This document shows positions 9,913-17,941 of a stretch of 24,600 nucleotides of DNA, one piece after another. The position numbers were made by a program, and so were the translations under genes. The DNA comes from a virus. Lineage: Duplodnaviria; Caudoviricetes. Each line of letters opens with the position of its first letter. Position 1 is the first letter of the stretch. The DNA is taken from IMG/VR virus record IMGVR_UViG_3300031949_000147, positions 1-24,600 of that record. One strand, written 5' to 3'. A model generated the notes under the pieces. It saw only the letters and a list, made by a program, of their open reading frames with translations, did no database searches and had not been told where the DNA came from.

Positions 9913-10194
9913 CTAATCCTCCTCTTTCTCTTCTTTTAGTAAAGGCTGCATAAGCACCCTCTTAATAAGCTCTTTAAAGGTGTCCTGTTTAATCTCACCG
10001 CCTCCGAGTATGTTCAATATGCGGCTGCCGTAGTTCTTTAATGCAAAATCCTCCGCTGTCATTGAAGGCATGTCCGTAAAAGTTCCAAGTTCATATAGCA
10101 TGTGATAGAGAACCTCATCCGCCCTCTTATGACTAAATACGGCCCTGTATGCCTCAATAAGCTCTTTGTTGGGGTATGTGTCAAGTCTATGCAA
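9913..10194 (-). CDS. Bbp19-like phage protein
   Basis: YRAVFS...DEVLYHML motif between portal and scaffold. The start is probably the TTG at 10194 (GGAGG upstream) rather than 10260. Confidence 0.6.
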   Translation of the reverse strand: MHRLDTYPNKELIEAYRAVFSHKRADEVLYHMLYELGTFTDMPSMTAEDFALKNYGSRILNILGGGEIKQDTFKELIKRVLMQPLLKEEKEED

Positions 10195-10327
10195 ATGCAC
10201 CCTCCCTCTTTGCCTGTAAATACTGCTTTTTCGTAGTCCGATACCAGTTCTTAAATCCACGCTTCCATGTTACCGGCATTGTCTGTGATGCCTGCTTTCT
10301 TATTGCCCTTACCCTGATTGCTCTCAT
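10187..10327 (-). CDS. Small basic hypothetical protein (46 aa)
   Basis: Below ORF-track cutoff. ATG overlaps the portal stop (TAATG); MRAIRVRAIRKQASQTMPVTWKRGFKNWYRTTKKQYLQAKREGAFA. Confidence 0.5.
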   Translation of the reverse strand: MRAIRVRAIRKQASQTMPVTWKRGFKNWYRTTKKQYLQAKREGAFA

Positions 10328-11985
10328 TATGCCCCTCCCTGTGTTGCTGCTGCCATTGCCGATTGAATAGCGCCTGAATCCTTATCAGCCGCTGCCATTT
10401 TCTTAACGCCCTCAGTCAGTGCCAGTGCATCTTCTTTTTGATTCTCTGCCGCTATTGCCTGCGCTCTTGCATCTCTTAACGCCTTAACCTTCTCCGGCGT
10501 AAGCATTGCACTCTGAGGGAAGCCCGAACTTTCAAGCATGATTTTTGCCGTCTCGTCTGTGTCTATCAGATCAAGCACTTCAGGCTTAACCGATGCCAAT
10601 GGTCCTAAAGCCTCTAAGCCGCTTCTTATGCCCTGAGTTCCAAATAGCCTTCGCTGTGCCTGTGCCAGAGGCCCCATATAAACAGGGTCAAACCTTTCTC
10701 CAGCCAGTTCCATGAGAATATCGGGCGGAGGCGGTATGCGCCCTGCCTTTGACTCAATGTAGAAAACAAAATCAAGCACCGCATCAAGCTGTTTGTTCAG
10801 AGGCGCAAGTTCAGCGCCTAATACAGCCGCCTTCTCTTCTTGTAACTTAGATACCTCGTAGGCCGTTCTATTGCCTCTGCCTTCAAGCTGTGCCAACATC
10901 AAAAAGAAATCCACATGAAAGAAATCCCTGATAATCTTATCGTCTCGTTCAAGCATCTCAATACCAATAGGGAATGCTGCCTTGCCTGTTTCAATAGGAC
11001 TAATTGCTCTTGACATATCGTCTAAATAATTCCGTCCTCTGGGCTTATACTGCACCTTGCCTCTCATCTCAACAGGCACGTTCAACGGCGGGTCAAGATG
11101 CAACTGTGCAAGCCCGATTAAAGACTTCTCTTTGATATGAGCGCCCTTAATCTTAGCCAGCGCCATTGTTGCCGGACTCCTGCCGTATGGCTCTTTACCG
11201 CTTTTCTGGTAGCGCCATGTCGCATAGGGGAAAACATCATAGCCCGACTCTCCTAACAAGTCCTGTCCCATTATCCATACACTTGCGTATTTCTTAAACT
11301 TTGCGCCTTTCTTTCGTTCATCCCAGTCCTCTCTTGGAAATACGGCATGAAGCACTTCGTGTTCAGTAAAGGGATTCTTTTTGTATGACTGCCTGATTGC
11401 TTCAGGGACATTCTTCTCTCCGAACTTCTGAATCATCTTACGAGCCGTCAGCTTGCGTTTTCTATGTTCAACGTCTATCTCACCGTATTTGTTTTCAGCA
11501 ATATAAATTTCCCCTGGATGCACTGACTCAAAAACTATCTTGCCCTCGCCTATGTCTTCTTCTGCATACAGAGGCGCAGTACCAAGAGTCAAGCCGTCAT
11601 ATATCCAAGACCACGCCTCATCATAGAAGTTACTGCGATTGAGGGCGGTATAAACCGCAAACTCCACGCCGTCTTGCAGCCATTCCCGTATCTCATGGAG
11701 TTTATCAAGCCCTCTGCGTGCCATTGCATACTTAAACCATGTAAAGGCAGGGCTGACGTGATAGCCGTGTATGCCGTCTGTTGCCAGTATTGCGGCGCTA
11801 ACAGGCGTTCCGTCATATATCTTAGTTCCCTGCCTCTGGCCTGACTGTAACGTGCCTCTGATGTCCTCACGGATAGGGATAACATTATCGGCAATCTCCT
11901 GCCATTCCTGTTCCCACACTGTCCGCTTGGACTCAAGCTGAGATTGTCTGCCTGTTACAAATTTAACAAGCTCTTTACTGTCCAC
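10327..11985 (-). CDS. Portal (head-tail connector) protein
   Basis: 552 aa; KIYDGT, YGRSPA, FFHVDFF, RTAYEV, GPLAQAQR motifs of the podophage head-tail connector family. Confidence 0.92.
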   Translation of the reverse strand: MDSKELVKFVTGRQSQLESKRTVWEQEWQEIADNVIPIREDIRGTLQSGQRQGTKIYDGTPVSAAILATDGIHGYHVSPAFTWFKYAMARRGLDKLHEIREWLQDGVEFAVYTALNRSNFYDEAWSWIYDGLTLGTAPLYAEEDIGEGKIVFESVHPGEIYIAENKYGEIDVEHRKRKLTARKMIQKFGEKNVPEAIRQSYKKNPFTEHEVLHAVFPREDWDERKKGAKFKKYASVWIMGQDLLGESGYDVFPYATWRYQKSGKEPYGRSPATMALAKIKGAHIKEKSLIGLAQLHLDPPLNVPVEMRGKVQYKPRGRNYLDDMSRAISPIETGKAAFPIGIEMLERDDKIIRDFFHVDFFLMLAQLEGRGNRTAYEVSKLQEEKAAVLGAELAPLNKQLDAVLDFVFYIESKAGRIPPPPDILMELAGERFDPVYMGPLAQAQRRLFGTQGIRSGLEALGPLASVKPEVLDLIDTDETAKIMLESSGFPQSAMLTPEKVKALRDARAQAIAAENQKEDALALTEGVKKMAAADKDSGAIQSAMAAATQGGA

Positions 11986-12690
11986 TTATTTCACCCAATG
12001 CTCAATTAGCGTGTATTCGGATGTAACATTATCCGATGCGTTCTGGCTCTGTATTCTCACTTTTGCAACTGTTGAACCCGATGCGTCTTTTGTAGCTGTT
12101 GCGTAATCACATTGCGGAGCTAAGTTAGTAGCATAAAAACATCCAGAAATATTCTGTGAGGCCGTGCCTGATTTAGCAGACAGAATAAACTCAGCCTTCC
12201 AATCCGCTGCTGTATTGTCGGATGCTGTCAGACTCATTACATCCGCATTTAATAGATATAAATGCACTTTCATTTGTGCATTAGCGCCTGACTTTGTGCC
12301 TACAACAGTCCATCTTAGAGTCTTGCCCGTTGAAACCCATCCCGCTGGCAATGTAATGCTTGACCCCGTAACATCCCCTGATGTTGCCCCTGTTATTGTC
12401 GTTGTTGTATTGCTTTGACCAACAACAAGCGGTAAACCGCCGATATAATCAGGTAGCGTTATTGTTCTGTCTGCTGTCGGATCTTCAACTGTTAATGTGG
12501 TTTCGTAATCATCCGATGTTGCTCCCTCAAAAATAATATCTGCACCTGTAAATATATGCAGCCAGCTTCTACCATCCTTACCACTCGTTGCCTTTAACTC
12601 CTGATTCCACCAATAGCCCGGCGCAGCATACGCTATAACCGAAACCATCAAAAAAACCAAAACCATGAATCCCGCTAAATACTTTTTCAT
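11986..12690 (-). CDS. Signal-peptide-bearing beta-rich protein with a fibre-like motif
   Basis: MKKYLAGFMVLVFLMVSVIAYA|A has Sec n/h/c regions with an AxA site; internal IIFEGATSDDYETTLTVEDPTADRTITLPD; Thr/Ser-rich. Confidence 0.7.
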   Translation of the reverse strand: MKKYLAGFMVLVFLMVSVIAYAAPGYWWNQELKATSGKDGRSWLHIFTGADIIFEGATSDDYETTLTVEDPTADRTITLPDYIGGLPLVVGQSNTTTTITGATSGDVTGSSITLPAGWVSTGKTLRWTVVGTKSGANAQMKVHLYLLNADVMSLTASDNTAADWKAEFILSAKSGTASQNISGCFYATNLAPQCDYATATKDASGSTVAKVRIQSQNASDNVTSEYTLIEHWVK

Positions 12691-12703
12691 CGTTACATTC
12701 CCC

Positions 12704-13189
12704 CTATTTTATGTCCTTGTTGTAATATATTTTTAAGCCGATAACGGCATTTGACGCTGTGTTATTTGAAACATCAACACTTAATCCGCCTTGCACATAC
12801 CGCCCCTTTTCTACTGTAACTCCGCCAATCTTAGGCAATAACTGTTGACTGAGAGTCGGGCTTCTATCTACAAGCTGTCCACCCATAACATCAAGACTTG
12901 TGTCTGTGGAATCATAAAGGTAAACATCATAGCTTGATGTAGGGGATGGAGTCCCCGGATTCGTTGTAACCAGAAAGACAAAACCATTAAACGCCTCAGT
13001 TGAGAATGTCGTAGCGTTGCCTGAAGCATCAAGCGCAATATTGCCCGATGCGTCCGCAACAATATCTATATTGATAACCTCAACATTCTCACTCAACCTT
13101 GACTTTGTCTGTGTTACAACCCCTGCGCCTAATGCTAATCCTGCAATAATCAGTATCAGCACTATGCTTAATACTATAACTTTCTTCAT
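12704..13189 (-). CDS. Signal-peptide-bearing beta-rich protein
   Basis: MKKVIVLSIVLILIIAGLALG|A; GGGAGG RBS favours the ATG at 13189; TNPGTPSPTSSYDVYLYD..DVMGGQLVDRS. Confidence 0.7.
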   Translation of the reverse strand: MKKVIVLSIVLILIIAGLALGAGVVTQTKSRLSENVEVINIDIVADASGNIALDASGNATTFSTEAFNGFVFLVTTNPGTPSPTSSYDVYLYDSTDTSLDVMGGQLVDRSPTLSQQLLPKIGGVTVEKGRYVQGGLSVDVSNNTASNAVIGLKIYYNKDIK

Positions 13190-13199
13190 TTTCACCTCC

Positions 13200-13409
13200 C
13201 TATTGTCCGAGTAATTGCTTCTGTTGTCCTGTATTCGTATCAGGCAAGCCCATACCCGATGTTAGAATTGTTGACTTCTTGCCTTTACGCCTTCTTGCCA
13301 GTTCCCTTTCCTTGTTCACCACATCATCAATTTCTTTGTCCGTCTCTTTCGGAGGCGCAGGAGCCTGCTGAATCGCCGGAGCAGAAACAGTATTTGATTT
13401 AAAGCACAT
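13200..13409 (-). CDS. Small virion protein normally found upstream of portal (T7 gp7.3/6.7-like position)
   Basis: MCF start, Pro-rich segment, RRRKGKKSTILTSGMG, KQLLGQ end. Confidence 0.7.
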   Translation of the reverse strand: MCFKSNTVSAPAIQQAPAPPKETDKEIDDVVNKERELARRRKGKKSTILTSGMGLPDTNTGQQKQLLGQ

Positions 13410-14065
13410 TATCCGTTACCTCCTACATCTATTTTTAATGGTTTCCACGGAAACATAAACCACCATATCACAGGATCAATGCGAGTTACGTGGTATCTCT
13501 TGTATATCTTTTCCTTCATATATTCGTCTGTATGTTTATTGCAGTCCGCATCAAAAGCCGAGCAGTAAAGCCCGTTAAAGCTCAAAGGATTTGGGAGCTT
13601 ATTTAGAAATGGCAGTATCTTATTTAGAGGGCTTAGTATCCTGATAGCCGCTCCTACAAGTCCTGTATAGTCATAGGGCTTTTCTCTATTCTCCAGTATT
13701 TCAGCATAATTAAACATCTGGTTTATCGCCTTTACATTGAGTCTTTGCGGCTCTCTGAATACAATCCTCAGGTGAGGGTCGTTAATGCGTTCCTGAAGAT
13801 CAAAATATTCAACACCTTCCTCTGCGCTCTCAACACCCTTAGTTTTATTGATGACTTTGAATACATGAGACGGAGGCTGTTTTAATTCCGTCTCACTAAA
13901 ACGAGGTGAATAGGTCTGCTTGCGTATCTCCTCAATGAAGGATACAGCCTCCTCAATACTTTGTAACCAGCTTATACCCTTTGACAGACCTGCGCTATCG
14001 TGCATGGAAAAACCGGTAAACCCAGGAGCGTAGTCTTTGTTATATACGGGTTTAACCTGATACAT
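13409..14065 (-). CDS. Permuted papain-like (NlpC/P60, YiiX/YebB-type) amidase/peptidase
   Basis: His before Cys: PSHVF...VES...PYDY...LYCSAF...IDP, matching the permuted order. Confidence 0.65.
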   Translation of the reverse strand: MYQVKPVYNKDYAPGFTGFSMHDSAGLSKGISWLQSIEEAVSFIEEIRKQTYSPRFSETELKQPPSHVFKVINKTKGVESAEEGVEYFDLQERINDPHLRIVFREPQRLNVKAINQMFNYAEILENREKPYDYTGLVGAAIRILSPLNKILPFLNKLPNPLSFNGLYCSAFDADCNKHTDEYMKEKIYKRYHVTRIDPVIWWFMFPWKPLKIDVGGNG

Positions 14066-14165
14066 TTCTATCTCCTGTTAGAAGCGGAGATTGTTTGAGA
14101 TACATCCCCGATGTTACAAATATAACGCCTAATGCCTTTAAATCCAAACCTTTTAACCAGTTCAT
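14052..14165 (-). CDS. Small hydrophobic peptide (37 aa)
   Basis: Below cutoff. AGGAGG RBS 5 nt upstream; MNWLKGLDLKALGVIFVTSGMYLKQSPLLTGDRNVSG fills the gap between endolysin and amidase. Confidence 0.5.
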   Translation of the reverse strand: MNWLKGLDLKALGVIFVTSGMYLKQSPLLTGDRNVSG

Positions 14166-14166
14166 A

Positions 14167-14514
14167 CTATCCTCCTTTGTAGCTCCGCTGAAAATGCGGA
14201 CAATCCATAAAACTGCTCCAATTTCCGCCCCATTTATTAATCGGATTCAGTGATTCCCAATAATCTCCTATTGCCTGTAATAACGCTTTATCCTGAATCA
14301 AAGCGCCATCTTTAAAAAAATGTAAATCTATTGCAAGTCTTTTTAAGTGATAGCTATTTGAAGTCTTGCTCTTGCCCTCTTTAACATAGATGTCCTGTTG
14401 TTCTTTAGTGCGATATAATTCTCCGCCTGTTGTATCAAATCCTGTTGCCGAGGCAAAGGTTAAGAGTTTAACTACATCCTTTAAAAAAAGAGATTGTTCT
14501 TTGCTTAAACTCAT
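14167..14514 (-). CDS. Endolysin, M15 family (L-Ala-D-Glu peptidase-like)
   Basis: GELYRTKEQQ, SNSYHLKRLAIDL (SxH-x6-D), WGGNW, DCPHFQ zinc ligands; GAGGAG RBS favours the start at 14514. Confidence 0.88.
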   Translation of the reverse strand: MSLSKEQSLFLKDVVKLLTFASATGFDTTGGELYRTKEQQDIYVKEGKSKTSNSYHLKRLAIDLHFFKDGALIQDKALLQAIGDYWESLNPINKWGGNWSSFMDCPHFQRSYKGG

Positions 14515-14518
14515 CTCC

Positions 14519-14752
14519 TCAACCCTCTCCCTTTCTTCTTCTTGAACTGTGTTCAACGATAATATCTAATTTCTTATCCATAGACTTATGCTGTTCCTTG
14601 ATTGCATTTATTGTTGCATCAAATGTCGCACATGTAACTTTTGTATCAATCTCAACCTGCATCCTATCAAGTCTTTGCTTAAAACCCAGGTAGGATAGTA
14701 TCGCTCCTAATACCCCACCTCCTGCGCCATATCCTATATTATCAATACTCAT
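14519..14752 (-). CDS. Holin-like single-TM coiled-coil protein
   Basis: MSIDNIGYGAGGGVLGAILSYLGF followed by a coiled coil and basic tail; ATGA overlap; directly upstream of the endolysin. Confidence 0.5.
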   Translation of the reverse strand: MSIDNIGYGAGGGVLGAILSYLGFKQRLDRMQVEIDTKVTCATFDATINAIKEQHKSMDKKLDIIVEHSSRRRKGEG

Positions 14753-14907
14753 TTCACCACCCTTGCAAGTTTGAGTTTTTCCATCACACATTGCCGGCAT
14801 TCTTTGTCCGTCTCTACAGGAATACATTTGCGGACAGGCTTAAACTTACAGTCCCTGCCCTGCCTGAGTATTTGAGCGGTGATTGTATAAAATGTGTTAT
14901 TGCTCAT
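14749..14907 (-). CDS. Small Cys-rich (putative Zn-binding) protein, 52 aa
   Basis: ATGA overlaps at both ends; C-x7-C-x7-CxxC pattern. Confidence 0.5.
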   Translation of the reverse strand: MSNNTFYTITAQILRQGRDCKFKPVRKCIPVETDKECRQCVMEKLKLARVVK

Positions 14908-15353
14908 ATATCCATCCTCATCAGTATTGCACTCCGTCTCATCCCTAAATGCTCGCATAGTTTAGCCGCCTCATCATTATTTATCTCAGCCGATATACCT
15001 ATTGTTACAGTTTTTGCTCCTTTTACAATCGCCCATGCCTGATATTTAGTTATCATACGCACAGCCGCAGAAGAACCGCGATAATCGGGATGCACATAAA
15101 AAATATAATCGCTTGCCATAATCTCAGAGCTAAACCAATGCTCAGATAGTATGCCTGCCATCACACCGAGTATAACGCCCTGCTCCTCAGCCACAACTGC
15201 AAAACCATCCGGTGAATTAATCAACGATGCCGCAAGGTTTATACATTTATCATCGTTGAATTTTAAATCTTTGTAGGATGACTCAGCGTGCATGAGTTTA
15301 CCATGCTTTACAACCTCAGTTATATCATCGTATGCCATATCTCTGATAATCAC
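14904..15353 (-). CDS. GNAT-family acetyltransferase
   Basis: MIIRDMAYDD, FYVHPDYRGSSAAVRMI, LCEHLGM motifs; GTGA overlap with terL. Confidence 0.85.
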   Translation of the reverse strand: MIIRDMAYDDITEVVKHGKLMHAESSYKDLKFNDDKCINLAASLINSPDGFAVVAEEQGVILGVMAGILSEHWFSSEIMASDYIFYVHPDYRGSSAAVRMITKYQAWAIVKGAKTVTIGISAEINNDEAAKLCEHLGMRRSAILMRMDI

Positions 15354-16810
15354 GCATACTCCTTATCAAACGGAGACCAGTCTTCTGTTTGCTCAAATGC
15401 AATATCTTTTGATGTTTTTGGTTTTTTGCTCTTAGGCAGTATCACTTGAGCATATGAAATTGCAACTGCATCACCACTATCAGGAGATGCAATACCACGG
15501 CTTTTCATATCCTCTTTTTTCTCTAATTGTATGCGCTCTTTGTTATCAAACCCATATTGAGGACTGATTAAATCATCACGTAACTCTTTATCTTCCGGCA
15601 GGCATAGACCTGCGTTAAGGGCTTCCAACACATCGCCCCACATCTCAGCACGTTTGTTGAAATATTTTTTATCGTTCGTTGCCGTTGAACCGAACCAAAC
15701 CCCTATAACATCCTTACGCCCAAGTTTAACCGTAAGATAATCATAGACTGCGGCTCCAATATTACCCATATCAAGCAATATGCCGTCTGCGCCCCATAAC
15801 TCTGCCTCTTGATGTATGCGAGAGGCTAATGTCATTGAATCTATTTTTCGGAATTTCAATAGCGGCCATACCATTAACCCCTGACGTTTGCAAATAACAC
15901 TTTGGTCGTCTCCGAATCGTGCTATATCAACACTGATGACCTTGGCTTGATGTATAACCTCATGTTTTGCAATGCTGCGCCCCATTGCCGCTTCAACAAT
16001 ATCATTGGGGATGAATTGCAACGAGCCGCTTCTTGGCTCCTGACCGGTTACCCTTACTCTCACAAAATCAGAATCCTCTCCATAGTCATCAATCCATTTT
16101 TGAATCTGCGTTATATTTGCTTTTTTTGCAGTCCTGGAATCAATCTCTCTTGTAATCCAACGATGCCGATATTTTTTAAAACACTCTGAAAACCTGCCTG
16201 TGTTTTGCGTTGGATTGCCAAACGCTATCCACATTGCGCCCTCTGTCGTCATTGCGCCCTCAGCCGTCTCCCAGATAATATCCTCAATCTCAGAGGCCTC
16301 ATCGAATAACATCAGTATATGTTTCTCGTGCGTTCCCGCGAATGCCTGCGCTCTCTGTTTGCTCCACGGAATAGCAGCGGCAAACCATGTCTCGGGATGT
16401 GCATTGAGGTGAAACTTTGTAGCCGTCCATGTAAACCACTCCCTATTAATTGCGAGTTTATGCCATTTGGCAAGTTCGCGCCATGTCTTAGTATCGAGCT
16501 GTGATGATGTATTAGCGGTTACAACTATCTGCGGATGAGGGCGGGTGGAAATAAACCAGAGAATAATCCATGCGATAAGAGCCGATTTGCCAATGCCATG
16601 ACCGGAACGCACCGCTATTTGTATTGCCTCTGTTATTGTGAGTGTTTTTGTGCCGATCAGTGTTAATAGCTCAGTCTGCCATTTATCGGGGCCTGTCTCA
16701 CCCTCCAACTCCCCAACTCCCCAATCAAAAACAAATAATACAAAATCTAATGGTTTATCAATAAACTGCTCAATGTGTTTGGCAAAACTGTTATCTTCAG
16801 CCTTTGCCAT
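15350..16810 (-). CDS. terL: Terminase large subunit
   Basis: Walker A SGHGIGKS, Walker B LFDEAS, GNPT motif, nuclease VDIARFGDD and SPDSGDA. Confidence 0.95.
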   Translation of the reverse strand: MAKAEDNSFAKHIEQFIDKPLDFVLFVFDWGVGELEGETGPDKWQTELLTLIGTKTLTITEAIQIAVRSGHGIGKSALIAWIILWFISTRPHPQIVVTANTSSQLDTKTWRELAKWHKLAINREWFTWTATKFHLNAHPETWFAAAIPWSKQRAQAFAGTHEKHILMLFDEASEIEDIIWETAEGAMTTEGAMWIAFGNPTQNTGRFSECFKKYRHRWITREIDSRTAKKANITQIQKWIDDYGEDSDFVRVRVTGQEPRSGSLQFIPNDIVEAAMGRSIAKHEVIHQAKVISVDIARFGDDQSVICKRQGLMVWPLLKFRKIDSMTLASRIHQEAELWGADGILLDMGNIGAAVYDYLTVKLGRKDVIGVWFGSTATNDKKYFNKRAEMWGDVLEALNAGLCLPEDKELRDDLISPQYGFDNKERIQLEKKEDMKSRGIASPDSGDAVAISYAQVILPKSKKPKTSKDIAFEQTEDWSPFDKEYA

Positions 16811-17297
16811 TTTTTACCCTCGTAATGGCCCGCGCAAGGCGTTCCGACAAATTTTTTAATCCCTCTATTTCAATCTTTTCCTTTGGATAATGCGATTTTA
16901 ATTTTAATGCTGAATCTAAAAATTTATGTCTTGTCGGATGGTCTGGAACTTCTACAAAATCTTTTGTCAAACCATGAGCATCCTGCATCTCATCACCGGA
17001 CTTTGAAATTATCATTGAGGATATAATTTTATCGGCCTTCAGTCCATCATCAAGCACCTGCAATAATCGTTTATCGTTCATCCCCATTTCATCCATTAAT
17101 TCGGGGATTCCCAGTTTTGCTAATGTTTCTTTTTGCAACGCTTGGGCTGTGTTTTTAGAATATCCAGAATCAATCATTGCCTGTGTAACAGATGTGTTAC
17201 CTTTGAGGATTCTACGCCGGAGATTTTTCTGTCGGAGAGTCAGTTCACGTTTTTTTTGTGGTTTTTTACCTGTTTTTAGTATGTTTTTTGCACTCAT
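16797..17297 (-). CDS. terS: Terminase small subunit
   Basis: LTLRQK...SVTQAMIDSGYSKNTA HTH; overlaps the terL start; ATG at 17297 preferred. Confidence 0.75.
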   Translation of the reverse strand: MSAKNILKTGKKPQKKRELTLRQKNLRRRILKGNTSVTQAMIDSGYSKNTAQALQKETLAKLGIPELMDEMGMNDKRLLQVLDDGLKADKIISSMIISKSGDEMQDAHGLTKDFVEVPDHPTRHKFLDSALKLKSHYPKEKIEIEGLKNLSERLARAITRVKNGKG

Positions 17298-17304
17298 GGA
17301 ATAA

Positions 17305-17333
17305 AGCATTACACGTTTGGGGTAAAAAGTCAA
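17305..17333 (-). promoter_or_regulatory. Putative late-operon promoter
   Basis: TTGACT-17-AATGCT with TGn extension; 7 nt separate it from the terS ATG; no SD sequence. Confidence 0.4.
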
Positions 17334-17849
17334 GGATTATTTTAGTTATGCCCCAAAAGGGTAAATGCTTACCGAATATGATACCGTCTAAAATGGCTCA
17401 GGATTGATTAACTTGGTGCGGTTGATAGTGTGATATGGGTTGTTAATGGCTGTCAAATGCAGTTGCTTTGACGGAGCGTGTGGAATTTGTTTTATGAGTT
17501 ATCAGGTAATCGGGCAAATCTCTTCCAGTATAGTGCTGGTTTTTCAGACAGAAGTTGTGCTGTGGCAAGCATGTTCCGAATCTGCTACTAAGCCCCTTAG
17601 TCGTTTGATATTCTCAGGTTTCTTTTCGCATGTGAGATACCTCCGCCTCTGCAAGCGTTGTTATCTCCGGTTTTGTTTTCGTTGAGACTAATCCCGCCGG
17701 ACATTTGTTTTGCTACCACACTATCTTTATACTCTTCTACCATATTTTTTACAAGTTATTTATTTTTATCTTATGCGCTTATCTGGCAAGGTAATTGCTA
17801 AGGATAAATCCTTATTAATAAAACCTATCAAACTATTAATATTATTGTT

Positions 17850-17878
17850 TTGACAATGATATATAGCTATGATATATT
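17850..17878 (+). promoter_or_regulatory. Sigma70 promoter of the pentapeptide/RHH operon
   Basis: TTGACA-17-TATATT with TGn extended -10 and AT-rich upstream sequence. Confidence 0.75.
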
Positions 17879-17941
17879 AATATCAAGCCGGGCCGGTAAG
17901 CCCGCACCTGCAAGGGCGGCACGGCAAAAAGGAGAAAACAA

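Noticed and set aside
11986-13189. Rz/Rz1 spanin pair
   Set aside because: No lipobox Cys; bodies are beta-rich rather than coiled-coil or Pro-rich.
150-16859. Many short plus-strand ORFs opposite the structural genes
   Set aside because: Antisense shadows of a fully packed minus-strand operon with no recognisable motifs.
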